A stretch of DNA of 55,304 bases from NCBI GenBank assembly GCA_016618085.1, contig JABLTG010000137.1, positions 1 through 55,304 on the forward strand, written 5' to 3'. Positions within the stretch are counted from its first letter, which is position 1; each line of letters begins with the position of its first letter. The notes under the pieces are model-generated. The model was given only the letters and a program-made list of their open reading frames with translations. It made no database searches and was not told the origin of the DNA. Positions 46,895-55,304 of the stretch are shown here, piece by piece. The DNA comes from Neovahlkampfia damariscottae (taxonomy: Eukaryota). The position numbers were made by a program, and so were the translations under genes.

Positions 46895-49771
46895 ACTTTA
46901 TTCTTTAATAAAAGATGTTCAGATTTTTCATATTCTTTCATTTTCATTGGTATGAAACTTCCTTTTGACCAAATATCAACTGAACCTCTGTAATATTTTG
47001 ATAAAATATTCCCAGAATTTCCTGGTGCCAAAATAAATTCACTTTTTTCTAAATCACTTAAATCTGTGATTTGTCGATAAGAAGGTCCCCAAAAACCTTT
47101 TTTCAAAATAAATAATTTTTGGATTTGTCTTACCATTGAATTTTCCAGAACGAATATTTCTTTGACCAACTTCATTTGCAAATACTGTATCTGTACCACC
47201 TGGTTGTGGTGATTCTACATTCACTAAACAAGAGAAGATTGTGTTTCCAACACCTTGATTGTAAAATACAGTTGAATGAACATCAACACCCCATTGAGGT
47301 ATTTTTCCAAAGTTTCCAAGTAAAGTTGCAATTGTATTTTCAAAAGCAAGTGCTGCAAATGATTCACAGGAATCAACTTTGACAACAAGATTACTACAAT
47401 TATAATTGGTATTATTTTGTAAAATATTATAAAAAATTTGTGGATTTTTGGAATATTTTAAATCTTTTCCGACGATTTGACCCATTTCAATTAACCATGC
47501 TTCAAAAATTGTTGGAAGTTCTGATCCAATAATTTCAATACCATCCCAATCATTCAATAATCTCTTTCTCCAAGTTTCATGTATTGGATTTGGTAATACT
47601 TTCATGTTTTGAATAATAAATTTTAATCTTTCCCATGGAAGTGAAGCAACATCTTGTTGAATATTTTTCATGTGAGTTGCTGTCATTTTTGTTCCAATAT
47701 CCAGATATTGTGAACGAAGTAGGGATTCAATTCTTTTTGCTCTGAATGGAGCTCCAAATTCCAATGAAATTGGATATGGATAACCTGGAGATGTAATTCT
47801 ATTATTAGCTGTCACAATGTAACCTTTGTCTGGATTTAATATTGAAGGTAATTGATTTGAAGTTAAAACTTGTGTCCAATCAAAATTTCCGTCTCCTTTA
47901 ACAGGAAATCTACCAGAATGACCTGTTTTTCTGACAGGAACTTTTCCAACAGCAAAATATCCAATGTCACCAGCATCATTTGCATATAAAACATTCATTG
48001 AAGGAGCAACATAACCATCAAATTTTGATCTAAAACTGTGAAATGAATCTGATTTAAATAGAGAAACAAAAGTTTCTAAGGTTTTGTCATCATCACTAAG
48101 AATGACTGATTTCAAACAAAGTGTTTCATTTCCCTTCATTTCATCAATTACGTTGATCACTGGTCCATAATGAGTACTTTCTTTGACTTCAATTGTTTTG
48201 TAAGTGTAACTTGATATTCGGATTGTATGTTTTGTTATTGTATATGGTGTTGAAACACCTTTATAAGTGTAAGATTTTTTATCTGCAGAATCTTGCATGA
48301 CATAAATATCTCCATTGTCAGGCAGATTTGCTGTCAAACTCCATGACATTTTATCTGTTCTTCCAATAGCCATTCCTGGTATTCCAGGGTACGAAGCACC
48401 TATCGCTTTGAATGTTGGACATTCAAGATGAAATAACATGAATGGTGCAGGAGCTGTAAAACCTAAATGAGGATCATTTGCCATTAAAGGTTTCCCAGTA
48501 GCAGTATATTTCCCAGCAACCACCCAATTATTACTTGCACGATTAGCATTGAGTAAAGGTTCATTTAATTTGTGTGAAATTGATTCCAATGTTTTTGCAT
48601 TTGATGATAATGTGTCATAAACTGTTTTTTTTTCTAATTCTTCTTTTGTTAATTTCTTTGGAATATATGCAGCAGAATCATCTCTGAACCCTTTTTCAAG
48701 TTGATCAATTTCATTTTGATTGATTGTAACATTTGATTCTTGTTTATTTAAAATGGTAACATCGTAATCAGTTTGATACTCTGGATAAAAATCTAAAACT
48801 TGTTGAATGGAGTATCCTTTTTGAAGTAATCTATATCTTTCAACATCTGATCGAGGATTTCCACCTAAATACCAAGCTGTTAATTTTGAAATTGCGATAA
48901 TATCTTCTGGGATCCATTTTTCAGGTTTTATAAAAAATAATTTATATTCCAATGGAAGAGTATTTGCTTCTGAATCTAAAAGTGAATTTATACCATCTGT
49001 ATACCATTTTAAAATTTGTTGAGTTTCATTATTTAACTTTTGAAATGTTTTTTTAGCAATTCTGTCAAATCCTAAAGTCCTTGAAGCAATATCAATTTTT
49101 AAAGTTTCTTCACCCATAATTTCACTTAAAGTACCTCTAGCAATTCTTCTTTGTGTATCTAATTGCCAAAGTCTACTTTGTGCATTTACAAAACCTTGTG
49201 TTAAATATAAATCATGTTCATTTTGTGCTTCAATGTGAATGGTACCAACAGAATCTCTAAAAACATTTACATTTTTTTCAAGTTTAGGTAAAGCAAGAAT
49301 ACCATTTGTCATAGTTTGTGATCCAAAAAATAAAGTTATGAAAATACCAAAATCAATAAACACCAAAATTACAAAAAGTGAACCCAAAGCAAATCCAAAA
49401 AAAAATAAAGAATTGAAAAAACAATCTCTAATTAATGATACTGTTACTCTTGTTGGTCTATTTTTTATGTAATTTTCCATTTCCATTTTTACTTTTTCTT
49501 CATCTAAAAGACATGCCTTGAAAAAACAATAAAAAGCACAAAAAAGAAGAAATGTTATAGCGAATATTTGTATAAAAAGTGGTCCAAATATTGGTAAAAG
49601 TGAACAAGTTAGACTAACGTATCGACCAGTTATTGCCACAACAAGATATAAAGCAATACTTACAGCAAGGACAATTAAAGATGTGAAATATCCACATACA
49701 TAAAATGCCTTAGTGTGGTAAATCGGTAATTCTTTCGTTGGAAGTAGAGGAACTGATCCTTCTTCTCTCAT
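46891..49771 (-). CDS. Penicillin amidase/acylase (Ntn-hydrolase, S45) with N-terminal TM segments
   Basis: RD..GT.HI.A....DL...QGFV.AQ.RLWQLD..RR.A.G.LSE, nucleophile ASNNWVV, ANDPHL, GYIVTANN, R..RI; one intron near 47095-47126. Confidence 0.93.
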
Positions 49772-49815
49772 CCTTATAAATTATTTGACCAATGAAAAAT
49801 TATTTATCAAAAATT

Positions 49816-50117
49816 TTATTTTTTATTTTTTTTTAAAATTTCTTTTTTTAAATTTTCTAGTTGTTCAATTGATAATTCATTCAAACTATCTTTTTCTAAT
49901 TTTTCTTCTAATTTCTTTTGATAACTTTGTAGCTCCTATTTCAATTTAAAAATTAAAAATTAAGATTACTAGATGCTGTTTCTTTGCTTTTTCATCAATT
50001 TTAAATCCAATTCCAACACCAAAAGCTAAAATGAAATTAAAATTAAATTCCAGTTATGTTCAAACCTACGACGAATATTATACTACTTGCTTTCAAAAAT
50101 GTTCTAATTATTCCCAT
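49816..50117 (-). CDS. Predicted ~75-aa single-TM microprotein (3 exons, absent from ORF track)
   Basis: MGIIRTFLKASSIIFVV|AFGVGIGFKIDEKAKKQHL|ELQSYQKKLEEKLEK... assembles in frame across two short GT-AG introns. Confidence 0.6.
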
Positions 50118-50225
50118 TTTTTAAGAAATATTTTTTTGAAGTGATAAATACTCCAGTTCAATAAATGAAACTATTTATCCAATCATTTTACTTTTTCAAT
50201 TTGACCAATAACTATTTTTATCTTC

Positions 50226-52233
50226 ATGACCTCCTTTCCAACTGAAATTGAAATTGGAGACATTTTAGATTCATACATGACAGATGAATTGGTCACTGAC
50301 TACATATTAGAAAAAAAAAAACAACTTTTGACTTTGAAAATTGACACTTGTGAAGAAGAGTTTCAAGTTTTAATTAAAATACCCTCTGAATATCCAAAAG
50401 GAGTTCATGAAATCACATATAATGATAAAAAAATAGAAAAAAAAGGTTCAATAGAGGATGTTTTATTAGAATTATTGGAAGAGTTTGATGAAACAAGAAC
50501 TGCATTTATAGATCAATATGGAGGTGAAACACCAATATCTGCTTTACCTGAATCAACAACACCTTCTGGAGCAACTGTAGTTTGGGATATAGTTGATGAA
50601 ATTGGAAACGTTTTAGTTGACCACTCATACGAAGCGAATGTTTTTTTTGGGAATTGTACAAATTTAATTAAAGAATTAGATCAAGTTAAATTCACAATAA
50701 AACCAACAATTTTACCAAAAGAAATTCAAAAATTATATTGTATTGACAGCAAAACATCAGCAATTTTTGGAATTCAATTTGCTCCTGATTATACAGATTC
50801 ATCAAAAGTTCCAAATGTATTTTTTAAAAAAGAATACTTCAAAGATATAAATCCTGGTTTTAGTGAACAAGTTGTCAATATTGCAAGAAAATTTATCAAT
50901 ACACGTTGGTCACAAATTCAAAAAGGTGAAAAACCACATTTTCCTGACATAGATATTGACCCAAAATTGGATAGAAAAAAGCAAATTGCTCATATTAAAA
51001 ATGTAGCAGGAAAAAATCAAGAATTAGCAATTTCAATGGCATTATTTTATTCAAATTTTAAAAAAGAAGATGCTTGTTTTTTGTACATGGAAGCGGGAGG
51101 TGTACTTCAAGATAATATTGAAGATGATGGAAAATCAAATGTTCTTCTAGAACTCATTGCTTATTTAACACTTAGATTAACCAATTTAACAAATCACTGT
51201 TTAATTTGTGATGGTTCTATTCAAGTTTTATTTACACAAAATGTACCTACCATTTGTACACGATTTCAATGTCAATTTGATTATATTGAAATGAAGAATT
51301 GTAATACAATACCAGTTACCATTTGTCCAATTTCTGTTGTTTCTGATATTGTTGAAAATGCAGATATTGTTGATTTGTTAATTTGTATGTGTTATTCATC
51401 TGCATTTAGTGACAGAAGGGGTATGAAATTGAACATTTTCTAAACAAAATTCAAGATAAAATATTCAAACCATTTCCAGAAATGTATGAATCAAAAAGTG
51501 GAAGAAGCTACAAATCAGTTGAAAAACTTCTTCAAAATCTTCCAAGTGTAGAGAAAATGGAAAAATATTGTGATTCTGAAAAATCATTAAAAACATTTCT
51601 TGGTGATAAAGAATATGAATTACTTCGTTGGATTTTAACAGCAAAACGTTGTGCACTTTTAAAAATTCCAGAAAAAAAAATGATTGCAGAAGTCGGAACA
51701 AAATATCAATATTTCACTTTGGTTGATGATCCAGAAAAAGCTGCATTATTTGCAAAAAATAGAAAAAAATATGGATCTTATTTTGCATTTCACGGTTCTG
51801 GTGTCGAGAATTGGCATTCAATTTTACGTAATGGATTGATAAATGCATCAAATACTGATTTAATGACTTCAGGTGCTGCATATGGATCTGGTGTTTGTAA
51901 GATTTTAAAACTAATGTTTTTTTAGATTTGGCAGAAGATGCTCAAACATCAGTTGGTTATGCCAGAGCTGGTTCTGGATGGAAAAAAAGTAAATTTGGAG
52001 ATACTTCATATTTACAAGGAATGGCAATTTGTGAAGTTTTGAAACTACCTGGTGTACCAACTACACCAAAGTAAGATTCAATTTTGATTTTAATTTATTT
52101 CCAAAGTCCTTATTATGTTGTTTCAAATGCTGCTGCAATCACTGCTCGAGTTATTTTATTTTTTCCACAAGGAGCTAATCTTCATTGTTCTGGAAAACAA
52201 GTCACTAAACAATTAAATTCAATGATTATATGA
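50226..52233 (+). CDS. Mono-ADP-ribosyltransferase, PARP6/8-like
   Basis: NHCLICD, PTIC...C.F, VDLLI.M..S, FAFHGS..ENWHSILRNGL.NAS.T.LM..GAAYG.G.YLA....TS.GY; three short introns. Confidence 0.88.
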
Positions 52234-52302
52234 GAATTGATTGTAATAAAATTTATTTTTCATTATGGTAAGTTTTGATTGGTTGACTGTATCAAAAACA
52301 AA

Positions 52303-53242
52303 ATGAACAAAGAACGTCCAGAGCATACAGCTCCACCAGAAATTGTATTCAATAAAAAATCTCATTCTTTTTAGTATTATAATGATGAAGAAGCGAATAA
52401 ATACACAAAAAAGTAAAAAACAAAATTTTTATTTTTAAAATTCCAGTTCACGTACCATTGACATTCAAAGAAAAATGACAGAAAGAGCTATTGAATTATT
52501 ATGTTTGGAAGACTCAACACCATCATTAGTTTTAGATGTTGGCTGTGGATCTGGCCTCTCTGGTGATGTAATAAACAAAAAAAATTAAAACAACCTATAG
52601 GTTCTTTCAGAACATGGACATGAATGGCTTGGAATTGATATTTCAGAATCAATGTTAAATATTGCACAAGATAGAGAAGTTGATGGTGATACTATTTTGA
52701 GTGATATGGGTGATGGATTTTGTTATAGAGTTGGTACTTTTGACGCAGCTATTTCAATATCAGCTGTTCAATGGTTATGTAATGTTGATAAAAAAATTCA
52801 TAATCCGGTGAGAAGACTTCAAAAATTTTTTTTTTCACTTTACAAATGTTTGAAAAAAGGAGGAAGAGCAGTTTTACAATTTTATCCTGAAAATTCAACA
52901 CAAATGGAATTAATTACAACAAATGCTATGAAAGTAGGATTCTCTGGTGGTTTAGTTGTTGATTATCCACATTCAACAAAAGCTAAAAAATATTTCTTAT
53001 GTTTATTTGCAGGAATGCCAAATCAAGACGTAAAATTACCTGAAGCTTTGTCACAAGAAGTACCAAGAGAATCTGTAAAAGTTGAACCACGTTCTTCAAA
53101 TAGAGGTTCAAGAAGAAAAGAAAGAGTACCATTGAAATCGAAAGAGTGGATTCTAAAAAAAAAAGAATCTCAAGCTAGAAAAGGAAAAGAAGTTAGACCA
53201 AATTCAAAATATACAGGAAGAAGACGTAAAATTTATTTTTAA
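52303..53242 (+). CDS. BUD23: 18S rRNA m7G methyltransferase Bud23/WBSCR22
   Basis: RPEHTAPPEI|YYND.EA.KY, LDVGCGSGLSG, ISISAVQWLCN, GFSGGLVVDYPHSTKAKK, SKYTGRRRK. Confidence 0.96.
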
Positions 53243-53684
53243 TAAAATGTATAAAATGCAATTGGGTTTTGATTATCTTCATAACTTGAATTTACAAAAT
53301 CTATTTGAATTCCTTTTGAATCATATGAAATCCAAACCTTAAAGAATTTAGATAAATTTTGAACTTTACTGGAATATTAAAACCTCCTTTTCCTGTTGGT
53401 TCACCATATTTTTTCACAATCTGGGAATTTGTCATTTCAAAAGTTAAATTGTCTGGCAAATCTCCTTGATATTTTTTGTATCCATATGAGTTATCATTGT
53501 AAACAAAAATTGAATCGATTTTTTCGTCTTTGAAGTCAAATGCAATTCCTTCTTTTTTATAACTGTGGCATTCAACGTCTTTAAATTTTTTTACCTCAGG
53601 TATTGAATCTTTCACTGTTTTTTTGAGGAATTGTTGAAATTTATCATCATGGATACTCAATCCAACAACTTTGGTGAGATTCAT
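53239..53684 (-). CDS. Hypothetical protein (2 exons)
   Basis: ORF ...KYGEPTGKGGFNIP spliced via an intron near 53338-53369 to VWISYDSKGIQIDF...FYTFY*. Confidence 0.6.
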
Positions 53685-53731
53685 CTAAATGTTGTTTGTT
53701 GAAAATTGTTGAAATTTGGTTGGACAAAAAT

Positions 53732-53812
53732 ATTATTCAGTTATGTTTACATTAATCATAGTTACGATCAGACGGCACTTCCTAAAGGTAAAACTCCAAA
53801 TCATCATTCTAT
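53732..53812 (-). ncRNA. SNORD49: Box C/D snoRNA, U49 (SNORD49) homolog
   Basis: Minus strand: C box ATGATGA (53807-53801), guide TAGGAAGTGCCGT (53784-53772), D' CTGA, C' ATGATTA, D CTGA (53740-53737). The guide is antisense to conserved LSU rRNA CGGCUCUUCCUA and matches the U49 guide as I recall it. Confidence 0.85.
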
Positions 53813-53914
53813 TACTCTTTCACAAGAGTCTTTAAAAAAGTTACAACTATTTCAAAAAATTTTTATTATGGTGAAGGAGGAAATCACTAAAAAACAATCT
53901 TGAACAATAAAGAT

Positions 53915-54853
53915 TTATTGCATGTGTTTTGGTTTAATAATTTCACCATTTTTTTCCATTTCTTCATAAGTTTTGATCAATAATTCCAATGTTTCCTTTT
54001 CACGTCTGAATAATAATTTCAGACATTCCAAAATGTCCAATTTACCTTCTCCTCCAACAAATTTTGGCATTAATTTTCGATCAGGCAAGAATTCTTTTTC
54101 TTTTTCATAGCATTCATCAAAGTCTTCATAAAGAACAAATCCATATCTCTCCAATACTTTTGTGCCATAATCTTTGTACATTTGTTTCATTTTTGGATCA
54201 GCATTCACTTGTAACATTTTAATTAATTTATTTGGAATAAGACTTTGGATATTACTATGATCCATTTTCATCCCAAAATCATATTTTTCATGACTAAATT
54301 CATGCATATCCGAAATACTCACCAATCCATGAATGGTTGCTTCAGGATAGCATTTATTAAGAGATCTTACCATATAAACATATTTTTGAAGATATAATTG
54401 TTTCCATTCATCAGTTTGATCCTTTTTTTCTGGATAATTTTCTCCATAGTATTCATAAACAAATTGAATTGGACTTCCTTCTTTTGTCTTGAAATTTGGA
54501 TGAGATACAATCAAACCACAACTCCAATCATTAATTAGGATCTTCAGGAGTTCTTTTGTCCATTTTCCGCTGATCCATTTATATTGTTTTTCTGCTTCCA
54601 TGTAACTATTGAGCATTGCTTCAACTCTTTCTTTGTAGAATTTCATATCACCACGTGCATCAAATTTTTTAACGCCTATGACCCAACATATATGCTCTTC
54701 ATCCATTTCTTTCCACCATGTTGGTTTGTTTTTTAAAGTTTTCATAATGTGAAAAATTCGTTTTTGGTCTTTATCAAATCTGTATGTTTCAAATAATTCT
54801 TCTTGTTCTTTTGTGAAAGAGTCTACAGATATATCATCTGTCAAAAACTTCAT
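53915..54853 (-). CDS. Divergent CRAL-TRIO domain protein
   Basis: KKFD motif, EGSPI, GLVSISDMHEFS, IPNKLIKML.VN, MPKFVGG. Confidence 0.7.
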   Translation of the reverse strand: MKFLTDDISVDSFTKEQEELFETYRFDKDQKRIFHIMKTLKNKPTWWKEMDEEHICWVIGVKKFDARGDMKFYKERVEAMLNSYMEAEKQYKWISGKWTKELLKILINDWSCGLIVSHPNFKTKEGSPIQFVYEYYGENYPEKKDQTDEWKQLYLQKYVYMVRSLNKCYPEATIHGLVSISDMHEFSHEKYDFGMKMDHSNIQSLIPNKLIKMLQVNADPKMKQMYKDYGTKVLERYGFVLYEDFDECYEKEKEFLPDRKLMPKFVGGEGKLDILECLKLLFRREKETLELLIKTYEEMEKNGEIIKPKHMQ

Positions 54854-54951
54854 GTACCAATCTTGCTGACGGCCAATGAATTGATGGTTATTGTGATAAA
54901 AGTGGCCAATTAGATTTAATTTTGCTAGTTATTTTTAGAATTTTTATTTGA

Positions 54952-54990
54952 AGTTGTTCAAGTTGAACAAAAAAGACCTTTTGTTCAACT
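54952..54990. repeat. Three copies of TTGTTCAA/TTGAACAA forming a palindrome and a 12-bp hairpin; candidate element left end
   Basis: TTGTTCAA-G-TTGAACAA (54954-54970) and AGTTGAACAAAA-6nt-TTTTGTTCAACT (54961-54990). Confidence 0.7.
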
Positions 54991-55023
54991 AGAAAATACT
55001 GAAAAAGATCTCAAGTATTTAAA

Positions 55024-55304
55024 ATGTCCAAACAGCTCAAATTGGATTCATTTTGGAAAGAAAAAAATGTTACTTCAACATCAACAACAGAAGTGATAAA
55101 AAAGAGAAAACTTGAAGAAACAAAAAGTTCAACAAAAGAAACAGGAAATATGAAATCAACATATAAACAAGGAAAATATTCGTATCCTTTTTGGTGGACT
55201 AAAGAAAAAGAAGACATGCTACAAGTGAAAAGTATACCTTCAAGTTCTTCTTCTTCTTCAGTTGACAAGAATATTTGTTGGACAAAAAAGTTGGTAGAAC
55301 AATC
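55024..55304 (+). CDS. ORF truncated by the window end; N-terminus resembles IS607-type TnpB/Fanzor2
   Basis: Open from ATG 55024 to the end: MSKQLKLDSFWKEK...KYSYPFWWTKEKEDMLQVKSIPSSSSSSVDKNICWTKKLVEQS. The PFW...P...E.S(WF) spacing is recalled from Fanzor2 N-termini; RuvC is not visible. Confidence 0.45.
   Translation, partial: MSKQLKLDSFWKEKNVTSTSTTEVIKKRKLEETKSSTKETGNMKSTYKQGKYSYPFWWTKEKEDMLQVKSIPSSSSSSSVDKNICWTKKLVEQ

Noticed and set aside
55011..55268. Minus-strand 85-aa ORF from the track
   Set aside because: Antisense shadow of the + strand ORF from 55024, which has an ATG and host-like composition.

Overview
Very AT-rich, gene-dense eukaryotic (protist) nuclear DNA using the standard genetic code. 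It has tiny GT-AG introns (about 29-45 nt), intergenic gaps often under 100 bp, and a CCAAT box just upstream of many start codons. The gene style suggests a heterolobosean/discoban-type amoeba, which is inference only. About 36 ordinary host genes are recognisable, including TBCC, ZFC3H1, PSMD7, TRMT2, NDUFB7, MCM10, calcineurin A, METTL16, three tandem SHAQKF Mybs, MRG15, guanylate kinase, OSBP, ASC-1/TRIP4, a PARP6/8-like gene and BUD23. There is also a box C/D snoRNA carrying the U49 guide. Four mobile or foreign segments stand out. (1) A 1.28-kb insert (42962-44244) sits exactly in the conserved start of the ASCH domain of ASC-1/TRIP4. It consists of a ~270-nt densely base-paired leader, then an intact phage-like Zn-finger/HNH endonuclease ORF, with imperfect TG...CA inverted ends and a copy of the downstream exon sequence at its 5' end. 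This is the best candidate for an undescribed system (a homing intron-like or RNA-associated HNH element in a nuclear protein gene). (2) A 2.37-kb non-autonomous element has 185-bp TIRs, a TAGTA target duplication, a nested second inverted repeat and captured gene fragments. (3) A truncated DD34E Tc1/IS630 transposase lies at the left edge. (4) An ORF running off the right edge has an N-terminus resembling IS607-type TnpB/Fanzor2 and is preceded by a repeat/hairpin end. Other notable items are a PhyA-Gnt1 (Skp1 prolyl hydroxylase-GlcNAc transferase) fusion and a GAF-GAF-pseudo-cyclase. All assignments come from reading motifs by eye; no searches were run.
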